In this document: positions 39,059 to 49,567 of the stretch, piece by piece | Numbering within the stretch: the first letter of the stretch is position 1 | Layout of the letters: each line of letters begins with the position of its first letter | Assembly (NCBI GenBank): GCA_044347615.1 | Contig: JBIKUK010000001.1 | Location: 299,863 to 363,862 of the forward strand | DNA from: Bdellovibrionota bacterium | Lineage (GTDB): Bacteria > Bdellovibrionota > UBA2428 | Reading direction: 5' to 3' | DNA: 64,000 nucleotides | The notes under the pieces: generated by a model | What the model was told of the DNA's origin: nothing | Databases searched by the model: none | The model's input: only the letters and a program-made list of their open reading frames with translations | Made by a program: the position numbers and the translations under genes

Positions 39059-41119
39059 GTGTCAAAAAGCTTTACGAATAATCTCAAGACACAAATGGCC
39101 CAGTTAACAGGGCGTTTTGAATTGGTGACTGATTACAAACCTGCAGGAGATCAGCCCACCGCTATAGCAGAGCTTGTTGAGGGATTGCAGCAAAATGAAA
39201 AACATCAAGTCCTGATGGGTGTGACAGGTTCTGGAAAAACTTTCACAATGGCGAGTGTTATTGCACACGTCAACAAACCTACTTTGGTTATGGCGCCCAA
39301 CAAAACATTGGCTGCTCAATTATATAGTGAATTCAAGGCGCTCTTTCCTAAAAATGCAATTGAATATTTTGTAAGTTATTATGATTATTATCAGCCCGAG
39401 GCGTATGTCGTTTCGACGGATACTTTTATTGAAAAAGATTCAGCCATTAATGATGAAATTGATAAGCTTCGTCACTCCGCTACGCGATCTCTTTTTGAAC
39501 GAAAAGATGTCCTTATTGTCTCAAGTGTTTCTTGTATTTATGGTCTTGGCTCTCCAGAGGAATATTTTGCTCAAATGTGTATCTTTGAAGAAGGAGAAAA
39601 GATTCGTCGAGATGATCTTTTAAGAAAACTTGTTAGCATTCAGTACATTCGAAACGATGTTGATTTTGCAAGGGGAACTTTTCGAGTAAGGGGTGATACG
39701 ATTGATATTTTGCCATCTTACGAAACGATGAAGGCGATTCGCATTGAGATGTTTGGTTCTTCTGTTGAGAGTATCTATGAACTTGATCCCCTTCGCGGAA
39801 AAAAATCTGCTCAATTAAAAAGAGTAGCAATTTTTCCCGCTTCTCATTACGTCACAAGTGCTGATCTAAAAAAAACAGCCATTAGCTCAATCTTAGATGA
39901 GCTGAGAGAGCGATTAACGGTTTTCAAAGCTGAGGGAAAAGTAGCAGAAGCAAAGCGTTTAGAAAGTCGAACACTTTTTGATATCGAGATGATTCAAGAG
40001 GTGGGATACTGTCCAGGAATTGAAAACTATTCGCGGCACCTTACAGGACGTCGTCCAGGAGAAGCCCCTCCAACATTGTATGATTATTTTCCAGATGATT
40101 TTTTGCTTGTGGCGGATGAAAGTCATGTCACTGTTCCCCAGGTGGGGGGAATGTATCGAGGAGACCTTGCTCGAAAATCAGTTTTAGTGGAGCATGGGTT
40201 TCGTTTGCCAAGTGCTCTTGACAATCGACCTTTAAAGTTTGAGGAATTTGAAGTAAAAATTCATCAAGCAGTCTATGTAAGCGCAACTCCCTCGGATTAT
40301 GAATTAGAAAAAGCCAAGGGCAAAATTACGGAGCAAATCATACGTCCCACGGGTTTATTGGATCCCACTATGGAGATTCGACCTGTGAAGAATCAAGTAC
40401 AAGATCTTTTTGATCTTGCCAAAAGTCGTATCGAAAAAGATGAAAGAATTCTTGTTACAACTCTTACAAAAAGAATGGCTGAAGATTTGACGGATTATTT
40501 GAGGAAAAATTCTATTCGAGTTCGCTATTTGCATTCGGATATAGAAACCTTGGAGCGCATAGAAATTTTAAGGGATTTAAGAGAAGGCAAGTTTGATGTA
40601 CTCGTCGGAATTAACTTGCTTCGTGAGGGATTGGATTTACCAGAGGTTTCTTTGGTCGCTATTTTAGATGCAGATAAAGAAGGGTTTCTTCGGTCTAAGA
40701 CATCTCTTATTCAGACCTGTGGGCGTGCGGCTCGTAACGTCAATGGTCATGTCGTGTTTTTTGCGGATAAAATTACAAAAAGTCTTCAGGCAACAATTGA
40801 GGAATGTACTCGTCGTCGTAAGATTCAAGAGGATTACAATAAACTTCATGGTATTCAACCGCGAACAATACGAAAAAATCTTGGAAACAATCAAGTTACA
40901 GATCGACTTGATGAGCATGATTATCTAGAACTTGGGGGTGTTTCAAGGGAGCTTGAAGAGCTTCATGTTGCCCCAGAGAAGGTTCAAGATGAAATCCAAA
41001 GAATTGATCTTGAAATGAAAGAGGCGGCTCGTAAACTAAATTTTGAGCTTGCCGCTGAGCTAAGAGATAAACTGATGAAATTGAAAGAGGTTGATTTAAA
41101 ATGGAATCTCAAGAAGTAA
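39059..41119 (+). CDS. uvrB: excinuclease ABC subunit B
   Basis: 686 aa; [20 protein letters not shown], Walker [10 protein letters not shown], helicase motifs and C-terminal UVR region ([14 protein letters not shown]); alternative ATG start at 39095. Confidence 0.95.
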   Translation: MSKSFTNNLKTQMAQLTGRFELVTDYKPAGDQPTAIAELVEGLQQNEKHQVLMGVTGSGKTFTMASVIAHVNKPTLVMAPNKTLAAQLYSEFKALFPKNAIEYFVSYYDYYQPEAYVVSTDTFIEKDSAINDEIDKLRHSATRSLFERKDVLIVSSVSCIYGLGSPEEYFAQMCIFEEGEKIRRDDLLRKLVSIQYIRNDVDFARGTFRVRGDTIDILPSYETMKAIRIEMFGSSVESIYELDPLRGKKSAQLKRVAIFPASHYVTSADLKKTAISSILDELRERLTVFKAEGKVAEAKRLESRTLFDIEMIQEVGYCPGIENYSRHLTGRRPGEAPPTLYDYFPDDFLLVADESHVTVPQVGGMYRGDLARKSVLVEHGFRLPSALDNRPLKFEEFEVKIHQAVYVSATPSDYELEKAKGKITEQIIRPTGLLDPTMEIRPVKNQVQDLFDLAKSRIEKDERILVTTLTKRMAEDLTDYLRKNSIRVRYLHSDIETLERIEILRDLREGKFDVLVGINLLREGLDLPEVSLVAILDADKEGFLRSKTSLIQTCGRAARNVNGHVVFFADKITKSLQATIEECTRRRKIQEDYNKLHGIQPRTIRKNLGNNQVTDRLDEHDYLELGGVSRELEELHVAPEKVQDEIQRIDLEMKEAARKLNFELAAELRDKLMKLKEVDLKWNLKK

Positions 41120-42327
41120 AAGATGTAAAAAAAGATAAAACGGATAATTCTCCTTTAAAGGGAGTTTTCTTCAAGAATCGTATGCTGACAGCAGGGCCTA
41201 CACCTGTGCCTGACTATGTCTTAAGTGCCATGTCCTCGGGTGTGCTTTATCATCGAGGCGCTGAATTCGGTGCAATCATGCAACAGTGCCGTGAGAAATT
41301 AAAAAAACTTTTCGGAACATCAGAGGAGGTTTTAATTTTTTCTGGAACAGGAACTCTTGCTATGGAGGGCGCTGTTCAAAATTTTTTCAATCCAGGTGAA
41401 GAAGTCATTTGTGTGAATGGCGGAAAATTTGGTGAACGTTGGTTACAGCAGGCTAAAGTTTATGGGTTGAATGCAAAAGAAATTTTTGTTGAAAGAGGAC
41501 GTTCTCTTGATCTTGTAGCTCTTCAATCGCAGCTCACACCTGACACTAAAGGGGTTTTGGTCCACTCAAGTGAAACGTCAACAGGTGCTCGTCATGCAAT
41601 TAAAGAAATAGGAAAGCTTATCAAAGAAAAAGCTCCCCATGCTCTTTTGTGTGTGGACGGGGTTACGTCTGTCGGAGTTTTTGGAACTCCTATGGATGCC
41701 TGGGGGATTGATGTTTTGGTTTCTGGATCACAAAAAGCTTTGATGCTGCCTCCGGGATTGTCCTTGGGAGCTGCGAGTAAAAAAGCTTGGGCAAAATGCG
41801 AGAATGTGAAAAATACTCGCTATTACAACGACTGGAGAAAAACTAAGAAAACAGCTCTCGAAAATACAGGTCCCTTCACTTCACCTGTGACTCTTGTTGC
41901 AGGATTGCTGGCTGTTTTGAATAATTTTGAAGAGATGGGTTATGAGCGTCTTTATGAAAAAAGCTGGAGACTTATGAAAGCTACTCGTGAAGCGTGCAAA
42001 GCTATGGGTTTACAATTGCTTGTTAAAAAAGATGAGGATGCCTCAGCGGCTTGTACCTCTGTTTTGACGGAAGGATTGATCGATACCAAAGCCTTCAAGA
42101 AATTGGGACTCACGATCAGTGGTGGACAAGATGAGTTGAAAGGAAAAATTATTCGATTAGGTCACATTGGGTATATGGATGCCTGGGATGTATTGAGTCA
42201 GATCATTGCCCTTTCTAAAGCGTTTTCTGATAAAGGAAAAAGCGTTAATTTGATTGAGGGTATGAGTAAGTTTTGGGAAGTTCTTGAAAGTCCAGCTGAT
42301 CAAACACCTGATGATATGAGGATCTAA
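41101..42327 (+). CDS. class V aminotransferase (serine--glyoxylate / phosphoserine aminotransferase-like)
   Basis: 408 aa; PLP-binding region [14 protein letters not shown] with the lysine in a typical class V context; alternative start ATG at 41182 avoids overlap with uvrB. Confidence 0.75.
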   Translation: MESQEVKDVKKDKTDNSPLKGVFFKNRMLTAGPTPVPDYVLSAMSSGVLYHRGAEFGAIMQQCREKLKKLFGTSEEVLIFSGTGTLAMEGAVQNFFNPGEEVICVNGGKFGERWLQQAKVYGLNAKEIFVERGRSLDLVALQSQLTPDTKGVLVHSSETSTGARHAIKEIGKLIKEKAPHALLCVDGVTSVGVFGTPMDAWGIDVLVSGSQKALMLPPGLSLGAASKKAWAKCENVKNTRYYNDWRKTKKTALENTGPFTSPVTLVAGLLAVLNNFEEMGYERLYEKSWRLMKATREACKAMGLQLLVKKDEDASAACTSVLTEGLIDTKAFKKLGLTISGGQDELKGKIIRLGHIGYMDAWDVLSQIIALSKAFSDKGKSVNLIEGMSKFWEVLESPADQTPDDMRI

Positions 42328-42332
42328 AGTTA

Positions 42333-43343
42333 ATGTCTAAAAAGTTTAAAGTTTTAGCAACGGACGGTTTCGATAAAAAAGCTCATGAGTTTTTATCGGC
42401 TGATTCCAGGTTTGAGGTTAATGTCCGTAAAGAAACCACAGGAGCGGAGCTGCTTGATCTTGCTCAAGATGCTGACTTTTTAATAATTCGATCTGCAACA
42501 AAGTTGGGTGCGAAAGAATTTGAATTTTTGCCTAAATTAAAAGGTGTTGTGAGAGCAGGTGTTGGAATTGATAATGTTGATTTAGAAAGTGCAAAAAAAT
42601 CGAGTGTCTATATTTGGAATGCTCCCACGGGAAATTTTTTAGCGACTGCTGAACATACTATTGGTTTGATTGTCAGTCTTTTTAGAGCGATCCCTCTAGC
42701 TCATTCGATGAGTTTAGAAGGGAAGTGGGGGAAAAAAGAAATTTCCTCTTTAGGCCGACAATTGGCTGGTGCTAAATTGGGTTTGTTCGGGGCGGGAAAT
42801 ATTGGATCTAGAGTCGCTAAAATTGCGATGGGTCTTGGAATGAAAGTTGGAATTTACGATCCTTACCTCAAAGCAAGTCCAGTTGAAGGTGCAGAGCTTT
42901 TAAATTTGGATCAGCTTTTGGCTCAATCGGATGTCATTTCGATTCACACGCCGCTGAGTGCAGAGACTAAGAGTTTTTTTAATTTAGAAAATTTACAGAA
43001 AATGAAAAAGAGGTCTTATCTGGTAAATGCGGCAAGAGGAGGCATTATTGTTGAGAAGGATCTTTTAAAAGTTTTGGAAAATGAACATCTTTCTGGTGCC
43101 GCTCTCGATGTTTTTGAAAAAGAACCTTTTGATTTAAAAGATCCTGTGACGATTGCTTTGCTTCGCAATTCTCGTTTTATTTCGACTCCCCATGTGGCAG
43201 CCTCTACCAAAGAAGCTCAGCAAGCTGTGGGCTTAGAAAGCGCTGAAAAATTAAAGCTTGTTGTAGATGCTGTTGTTAAAAGAAATGAAGAGTTACTTCC
43301 AAAATCATTAAGTAAAGGAACCTTTGCAAAGTTAAGCTCGTAG
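42333..43343 (+). CDS. serA: D-3-phosphoglycerate dehydrogenase-like 2-hydroxyacid dehydrogenase (short form)
   Basis: 336 aa; NAD-binding GLFGAGNIGSRVA and catalytic RGG/His region typical of the D-isomer 2-hydroxyacid dehydrogenase family; follows the class V aminotransferase by 5 nt. Confidence 0.75.
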   Translation: MSKKFKVLATDGFDKKAHEFLSADSRFEVNVRKETTGAELLDLAQDADFLIIRSATKLGAKEFEFLPKLKGVVRAGVGIDNVDLESAKKSSVYIWNAPTGNFLATAEHTIGLIVSLFRAIPLAHSMSLEGKWGKKEISSLGRQLAGAKLGLFGAGNIGSRVAKIAMGLGMKVGIYDPYLKASPVEGAELLNLDQLLAQSDVISIHTPLSAETKSFFNLENLQKMKKRSYLVNAARGGIIVEKDLLKVLENEHLSGAALDVFEKEPFDLKDPVTIALLRNSRFISTPHVAASTKEAQQAVGLESAEKLKLVVDAVVKRNEELLPKSLSKGTFAKLSS

Positions 43344-43364
43344 TTTATTTAATTTAAATTATAA

Positions 43365-44678
43365 TTAATTTCTTCCTACACCGTAATAAATATAGCCTGC
43401 CTTTTTAAAATCTTGAGGAGAGTAAATATTTTTTCCATCGTATATGTGCTTACCTTTGAAGTAAGTTTTCAAGCCCTCTGCTTTAATACGTTGAAATTCC
43501 TGCCATTCTGTCACAAGAATTAGTGCATCTGCGTCTTTGAGAGCGTCTTCTTTATTTGAGCAATATCGAATGTTCGCATCTTTTTTGAGGCTAGTCTTGA
43601 ACGTATCTATAGCTTTGGGGTCATAGGCGTTAAATTGATACCCATAGGCAGAAAGTTTTTCGACAATTACAAGCGCAGGACTTTCTCGAACATCGTCTGT
43701 TTCTGGTTTAAAAGCTAGTCCTAGAAGAGCAATGCGAGTATTTGAAGCTTTTGGAAAGTCTTTTAAAATTTGATTAACGAAAATAAGTTTTTGATCATCA
43801 TTGAAGGAGTCGATGGCCTCAGCAACTGAAGCATCAACGCCTTGTTTTTTACAAAGATCGATAAAATTTTTGATGTCTTTTGGAAAGCAACTCCCACCAA
43901 ATCCAAGTCCAGCATAAAGATATTTAGATCCGATTCGCGAATCACTCTGCAGAACCTTTTCTATGCTTCTTATATCAGCTCCCGTAACAGAGGAAAGGCG
44001 AGCGATTTGATTGACCACTGAAACTCTTGAAGCAAGCATTAGGTTCGCTCCTAGTTTTGCAAGTTCAGCAGAAACGGAATCAATTTTGATGAGGGGTTTT
44101 TGATTCAAAAGAAAACTTTCGTAAATAAATCCAACTTTTTCAACAGCTTCGGGAGATCCTCCAAGAACAACTCTTTCAGGCCTTAGGAAATCTGCAACAG
44201 CTGTTCCTTCTTTTAAAAACTCAGGATTGTTGAGAACTGAAATTTTTCCCGGAGCTAAGGATTCAGCTATTTTTTGAAGTTTCTGTGATGTTCCCACTGG
44301 AACAGTTGATTTAATAATAAAGTAACATTTGTTTTTTGATATAGATGCACAATCTCTTAGAGCTTCTTCAACATAACTAAGATTTGCGCTTCCATCAGGA
44401 TTTTCGGGTGTTCCAACGGCACAAAAAACAAATTGAGCATTTAGATTTTCAAGAGCGTCTTTTTGATTCGAGAAAAAGCTAAGACGTTTTGAGGCAATAC
44501 CTTCTTTAAGTAACTCGCTTAGTCCAGGCTCATAAAATGGCACTTGAGAGTCTTTTATAAGTTTTAATTTTTGCGGATTTGATTCAACCATTCCGACTTG
44601 AAAACCTGCGCTAGCAAAACATGCACCAGCAACAAGCCCTACATAACCCGCACCAATAACAATTATTCTTTCAGACAT
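43365..44678 (-). CDS. ugd: UDP-glucose 6-dehydrogenase
   Basis: 437 aa; N-terminal Rossmann IIVIGAGYVGLV and catalytic-Cys region GFGGSCFPKD typical of UDP-glucose/GDP-mannose dehydrogenases. Confidence 0.9.
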   Translation of the reverse strand: MSERIIVIGAGYVGLVAGACFASAGFQVGMVESNPQKLKLIKDSQVPFYEPGLSELLKEGIASKRLSFFSNQKDALENLNAQFVFCAVGTPENPDGSANLSYVEEALRDCASISKNKCYFIIKSTVPVGTSQKLQKIAESLAPGKISVLNNPEFLKEGTAVADFLRPERVVLGGSPEAVEKVGFIYESFLLNQKPLIKIDSVSAELAKLGANLMLASRVSVVNQIARLSSVTGADIRSIEKVLQSDSRIGSKYLYAGLGFGGSCFPKDIKNFIDLCKKQGVDASVAEAIDSFNDDQKLIFVNQILKDFPKASNTRIALLGLAFKPETDDVRESPALVIVEKLSAYGYQFNAYDPKAIDTFKTSLKKDANIRYCSNKEDALKDADALILVTEWQEFQRIKAEGLKTYFKGKHIYDGKNIYSPQDFKKAGYIYYGVGRN

Positions 44679-44798
44679 AATTTATTCATCGGAAAAAGTT
44701 TACTTAAATAAATACTGAATAAAACGAAAAATTGACGATTTTTTTTAAAATAAGGTTGAAAGTTTAATATTTCAACAGATTTGACGAATGAAGAATAA

Positions 44799-45632
44799 GT
44801 GAGTCAAAAAAAAAAGCTTAAAAAGCGTATAAATTGGAAAAGGCAGGCCTTGGCAGCAGAGCGTTTAAGGTTTGAAAGTATTAAAAGCTTTCAAACAAGA
44901 CACGATCCTATCCGAGTTGACCTCCTTGCTTTAGGAGTGTCCCATGAATTCAATAATATTTTGGGAGCTGCTCTTGGTCATGCAGAGTGGGCATTAGATA
45001 CAAAAGAACCCTCAGATATGAAAGAAGCCTTAGAAGTTATTCGAACTGCGTGCATTCGGTGCTCTAAAATTACTAAGTCTTTGCAAGGTATTGTTCAGCC
45101 TCGTGAGGAAAAAAAAACCATTTACTCGTTAAAAAAGCTTTATCAAGAACTTGAAAAACTTTGGGAGCCTAGAGCTAAAAATCAAAAAATAAAAATTGTT
45201 TTTGAAAGAGAGGATTTAAATGTTTATTTAGATCCGGGTGCTGTTATCGAAATTCTATCAAACTTAATTAAGAATGCGTTTGAAATTTTTGAATCAAATA
45301 AAACTTTAAATCCCAAGATTCACGTCATAACAAAATTACAAAAAAAGAATGTTGAAATTCTTGTGCAAGATAATGGACCGGGCGTTTCTTCAGCATATAG
45401 ACCTTTCTTGTTTCAGCCGTTTTTTTCTACAAAGGGAACAATTAACGCGGTCTTTAAAGAAGATAAGAATATTGACACTGGTTCTGAAGCGAGTCTTAAC
45501 TCAAAAAACAGTGGACTTGGCTTGTATTTAAGTAAGGCTTTAGCGCAAGAAATGGGCGGAAACCTGGAGCTAGTAGAAGGTAAAGAGAATTTGGGTGCTT
45601 GTTTTATCCTGACTCTCCCACTTGTCACTTAA
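44799..45632 (+). CDS. cytoplasmic sensor histidine kinase (HisKA + HATPase_c), no membrane or sensor domain
   Basis: 277 aa, GTG start; H-box SHEFNNILGAALGH, N/G boxes (IKNAFE, DNGPGV, GLGLYLSKALAQEMGG). Confidence 0.8.
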   Translation: MSQKKKLKKRINWKRQALAAERLRFESIKSFQTRHDPIRVDLLALGVSHEFNNILGAALGHAEWALDTKEPSDMKEALEVIRTACIRCSKITKSLQGIVQPREEKKTIYSLKKLYQELEKLWEPRAKNQKIKIVFEREDLNVYLDPGAVIEILSNLIKNAFEIFESNKTLNPKIHVITKLQKKNVEILVQDNGPGVSSAYRPFLFQPFFSTKGTINAVFKEDKNIDTGSEASLNSKNSGLGLYLSKALAQEMGGNLELVEGKENLGACFILTLPLVT

Positions 45633-45692
45633 TTGACTTTAAAAAAGAAAAAAAAATTTTGAAATTTGATAAGTTTGCCGAATACGTAATAT

Positions 45693-47252
45693 ATGAAATC
45701 TCTTTATTTCATTGGAGATGAAGAGCTTTGGAGCGATGCATGGTTTAAGGCATTGGTTGAAAGCTTAGAAGCAAAAATGAATCTAACCCTTTTGGTTTAT
45801 GATTCCGTAAAAGATCTTCAAAAGATTAAAAGCATAAGTAGTAAAATAACAGTTGCTGATAGAATTATAATAAAAAAAAATCTTTCACTTAATTTAGGCT
45901 TAGAAAAAAAGCACCAGGGCTTAGTGTTTAATCTTTCAAAAGATAAAGAAGAAATAAAAACAGATTCATTTGTAGAATGGGGTGTTTCAACCCAAGCTTT
46001 TCTAGAAAAAATTGGTATTTCTGAGGCTTCTCAAGTTATAGAAGAAGACTTTTTATCTGAAATAAATATTGCTAGCGAAGTATCAAAAATTATTGAGTCA
46101 GAAGAAAAATCAACTTTAGATAGTGATGCTTTCAGTTCGGAGCTTGAGGATTTATCAAAACTTTTAGAAGCCGACTTTTCTTCTGCTTCAAAAGAGCCTT
46201 TGTCGCAAAAATCTGAATTGCAAATAGAAGATCAGCTTGAAGTAGCTTCGTTTGAAAGTAATAACCAAGAAAACATTGTTGCTTTAGAAAAAAATGAAGA
46301 TGAGGTTGATCAGTCATTAAATGTTGAAATAAGCTTAAATGAAGAACAACCTCTTATCGAGAAAGAATCAACTGATTTAGATCCCCAAGATTTGATAGCG
46401 GCCTTAGAGAGTTCTCCTTTGGCAGATAGCAGTTCTGTAGCAGAGAGAAGTCCGCTTATTGAAGAAAAAGAAGAATTAGATGTTTTGGAATCTTTAGAAA
46501 TTCCTTCTGCAAAGATTGAAGTCGATGTAGAAACTTTTTCTGAATCTGCCAAACCAGAGGTAGAAGTTGGCAAGCTTTTGTCTTCAATGAGTGCAGAGGT
46601 TTCAGGTGAAGATTTAGGTGTCATTAAAAGATATTCTAATATAAAAGAGCGCGAATTGAGGGAGTCACAGGCTTCAGCAGAAGCTCTCAGACGTCAGATT
46701 CGCTACTTCGATGAACGACTTAAGAAAAGTGAAGAAGAGCGTAGAAAACTAATTTTGAAACTTGAAGAAGTTCAAAGTGAGCTACGAACAACAAGTGACA
46801 AAAAAGATGAGAATAGAGCAAAGCTTAAGAACATTGAAAATCATTATGAGGAAAAAATTAAGGAGCTTCAAATTCAACTTGAAAGTTCACAGTTTCAGGC
46901 TGGTAAGTTAGAAAAAAAGCTTGAAGATTTTCGTGATCGTGTACGAAATGATCTTCAAAAAATAAGATCACGAGAAAGGGAGCTTGCAAGCCGCCTCGAG
47001 ATACAAAAGCGAGATGCTGAAGCCTTATTAAGTGCTAAAGATGAGCGTCTTCTTAATCAAAAGAGAGACATAGATAGATTAGAGTTTGAAATTGACAAGT
47101 TACGCGAACGCCTTCTTGATAACGTTAACAGTAGCGAAGAGAGAAGGAAAAGGATAACAAGATCTCTCCAATCGCTAAAACTTGCTCAGAGTGTTCTTTC
47201 TGGCTTAGATGAAGAGACTTCAGAAAAGGATGAAAAAAGTAAGGTAGCCTAG
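45693..47252 (+). CDS. hypothetical acidic coiled-coil protein
   Basis: 519 aa; Glu/Ser/Leu-rich N-terminal half, long heptad-like charged C-terminal half; no nucleotide-binding motif seen. Confidence 0.5.
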   Translation: MKSLYFIGDEELWSDAWFKALVESLEAKMNLTLLVYDSVKDLQKIKSISSKITVADRIIIKKNLSLNLGLEKKHQGLVFNLSKDKEEIKTDSFVEWGVSTQAFLEKIGISEASQVIEEDFLSEINIASEVSKIIESEEKSTLDSDAFSSELEDLSKLLEADFSSASKEPLSQKSELQIEDQLEVASFESNNQENIVALEKNEDEVDQSLNVEISLNEEQPLIEKESTDLDPQDLIAALESSPLADSSSVAERSPLIEEKEELDVLESLEIPSAKIEVDVETFSESAKPEVEVGKLLSSMSAEVSGEDLGVIKRYSNIKERELRESQASAEALRRQIRYFDERLKKSEEERRKLILKLEEVQSELRTTSDKKDENRAKLKNIENHYEEKIKELQIQLESSQFQAGKLEKKLEDFRDRVRNDLQKIRSRERELASRLEIQKRDAEALLSAKDERLLNQKRDIDRLEFEIDKLRERLLDNVNSSEERRKRITRSLQSLKLAQSVLSGLDEETSEKDEKSKVA

Positions 47253-47254
47253 GA

Positions 47255-48352
47255 GTGAGCTCCATGAAAAAAATTAAAATTATTGTTTCAGACTTTCATC
47301 TTGGAAAAGGCATTTACTTGTCAGACGGTTCAGTCAATGTTCTTGAAGAATTCTTTGGGGACAGGCAATGGGAGGAGTTTCTTAACCATTTTAGCGATGG
47401 TCCTTACAAAGACATGGAAGTTGAATTGGTTTTGAACGGAGATATTTTTGATTTAATTAAAGTTGATTATAGAGGATATTATTCACCCATTTTGACTGAA
47501 GCAATCTCCGTTGAAAAGCTTCAATCTGTTCTAGACGGGCATCCTGTTTTTGTAGCAGCTCTAAAGAAATTTGGCTCTATAGCTCAACACAAAATCACCT
47601 ATGTCGTCGGCAATCATGATGTTGAAATGATTTGGCCACGATGCCAAGAGTTGTTTTCACGAAGTATAGGATGTGAGGTCCAATTTTTTAATTTTAGTTA
47701 CATAGATGAAGGTGTTCACGTTGAACATGGGCAACAGTTCGAAAATACGAATCGCGTTAATCCTAAGCAAATGTATATTACCAAAAATCTCCGTGAACCA
47801 ATTATAAATTTGCCCTGGGGAAGCCATTTTGTCATAAATTACGTTATCCCCATTAAAATGCAAAGAATTGCAGTTGATAGAGTTCGTCCTGTTAGCGCTC
47901 TTATAAGATGGAGTTTGTGGCACGACACCACATGGTGCTTAAAAAACATATTTCGAGTTCTATTATATTTTTTTGGAACAAGATTTTCTAAATCAATTTA
48001 TAGAACGACAAATCTAATGACGACTTTAAAAATTTTTAAGGAGCTATTTCGTGCTCCTCAGTTACTTGATGCTGCTAAGGATATTTTTCAGAGAAACAAT
48101 GATGTTAAAACAGTTGTCATGGGGCACACGCATGTTTTCGATACCCGCCAATTTCATGAAGGAAAGCAGTATTTAAATACAGGGACATGGACTGAGGTCA
48201 CAAGCTTAGATCTCAATAGCTTTGGTCGATACACAAAGTTTCACTATGCTTTAATTGAACTAGAAAAAGACTCAGAAGGATTAAAAGTTAATGCAAATTT
48301 GCGTGAATGGAGAGGCAAGTGGCATGAAGATGTTTCGCATCAAATGGGCTAA
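47255..48352 (+). CDS. calcineurin-like metallophosphoesterase
   Basis: 365 aa; motifs DFHLG, GDIFD, GNHD, GHTH in the canonical order of the metallophosphoesterase fold; starts 2 nt after the coiled-coil gene. Confidence 0.8.
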   Translation: MSSMKKIKIIVSDFHLGKGIYLSDGSVNVLEEFFGDRQWEEFLNHFSDGPYKDMEVELVLNGDIFDLIKVDYRGYYSPILTEAISVEKLQSVLDGHPVFVAALKKFGSIAQHKITYVVGNHDVEMIWPRCQELFSRSIGCEVQFFNFSYIDEGVHVEHGQQFENTNRVNPKQMYITKNLREPIINLPWGSHFVINYVIPIKMQRIAVDRVRPVSALIRWSLWHDTTWCLKNIFRVLLYFFGTRFSKSIYRTTNLMTTLKIFKELFRAPQLLDAAKDIFQRNNDVKTVVMGHTHVFDTRQFHEGKQYLNTGTWTEVTSLDLNSFGRYTKFHYALIELEKDSEGLKVNANLREWRGKWHEDVSHQMG

Positions 48353-49130
48353 CCTTTTTTTATTTTTTATATGTTTTAATCTTTTTGGAAATCAAAAAAA
48401 CACTTCAGCCTATATTCTAGAAGTTAAAAAAGCTTCAAAGCTTTATGATGTCCCCTCAGCAAAAGGAATTGTTGTTGGAGAGGCGGATGTGGGTACTTTT
48501 TTAATTTTTTTAGAAGAATCCAAAAAAGGACTTTGGATTAAAGTTCAGGATTCAGATGGCTTAAGCGGATGGCTTCCTAAAGATAGAACGGATTATGAAG
48601 ATATAGAAAGGTCTGTCCTTGATTCACAAAACTCAGAGTCTGTTAAAGGAAATTCTAGGGAAAGTTTGAAACAAAATTCAAATGATCGTGAAAAAACGTA
48701 TTTTGAGTCTCCCTCAAATTATAGGATTTCACCTTTTTTTAGGATTTACTCTAAGGCGATAATGGGTAGATATGAAGCAGGTATTCGTTTTGATCTAAAA
48801 ATGCCATCAGCTGATTTATCTACTAAATCTTCGAAGGTTAATTTACTTTCTTTTGATGCAGGAATTCCCTTTAATTCTAAAGAATCCTCTTATGGGTATT
48901 CAGGAGCAATACGTTTTGGGATGAAAAAATTTTTTTTACAGAACTTTTTTTATCTTTTCGATTATGGCTATTCTGTATTAAGTAGCAATTCACAGCTTCA
49001 TCATCATTTGTCTTTAGGTTTAAGTACAGGAGTTGATGTTTATCCTTTTGATATAAAAACTCGTCTTGGATTTAATATATTTTCAGGATCTAATGCTACT
49101 TTAGAGGTACAAATAGGATGCCGTTTTTAA
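48324..49130 (+). CDS. secreted protein with SH3b-like N-terminal region and beta-barrel-like C-terminus ending in Phe
   Basis: Internal ATG at 48324 gives MKMFRIKWANLFLFFICFNLFG signal peptide (track start 48291); alternating-hydrophobic C-terminal strands and a terminal aromatic residue. Confidence 0.45.
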   Translation: MKMFRIKWANLFLFFICFNLFGNQKNTSAYILEVKKASKLYDVPSAKGIVVGEADVGTFLIFLEESKKGLWIKVQDSDGLSGWLPKDRTDYEDIERSVLDSQNSESVKGNSRESLKQNSNDREKTYFESPSNYRISPFFRIYSKAIMGRYEAGIRFDLKMPSADLSTKSSKVNLLSFDAGIPFNSKESSYGYSGAIRFGMKKFFLQNFFYLFDYGYSVLSSNSQLHHHLSLGLSTGVDVYPFDIKTRLGFNIFSGSNATLEVQIGCRF

Positions 49131-49567
49131 TTGTTCTTTTATCTTTTTTTAGTTTTTTTTCATACTCTTCACAGCCAGAGGGGCTTGTTTTGAAGCCTCC
49201 AGCAGATCCTGTGCCAAGAAGAATATTAAGAAATAAGAATATTACATTTGTCGATGAAGAGAATTTAAATAAAAAAGTTAAAGTGCAAACCAATGATAAA
49301 GTTCTCTTGCACGAAACAAAGTATAGGGTAAAGGGTAGGAGTCGACCAAGCCGAACTGGGAGTGTGGTTGCAGTTATAGATAGTGGAGAAATTGTTGAGG
49401 CGATAAAAGATTCAGAAGATGGAAGGTGGAAAGCTGTTTATTTCAAAAAAAATGACATAAAAGTTTGGGTTCCAATATCAGCTCTTTCCAAAAAAAAATC
49501 GATCAATTCAAATCAATCTTCGTCTGATTTGGATGAATTGGCTGAAGAGGAAAGCCCAGATGATTGA
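49118..49567 (+). CDS. hypothetical secreted protein with SH3b-like segment
   Basis: 149 aa; signal peptide; GSVVAVIDSGEIVEAIKDSEDGRWKAVYF resembles a bacterial SH3 core; acidic C-terminus. Confidence 0.4.
   Translation: MPFLIVLLSFFSFFSYSSQPEGLVLKPPADPVPRRILRNKNITFVDEENLNKKVKVQTNDKVLLHETKYRVKGRSRPSRTGSVVAVIDSGEIVEAIKDSEDGRWKAVYFKKNDIKVWVPISALSKKKSINSNQSSSDLDELAEEESPDD

Noticed and set aside
45693-48352. SbcC/SbcD (or Lamassu/SMC-like) nuclease system
   Set aside because: The coiled-coil protein has no Walker A/B or ABC signature, so the analogy rests only on coiled-coil plus metallophosphoesterase adjacency.
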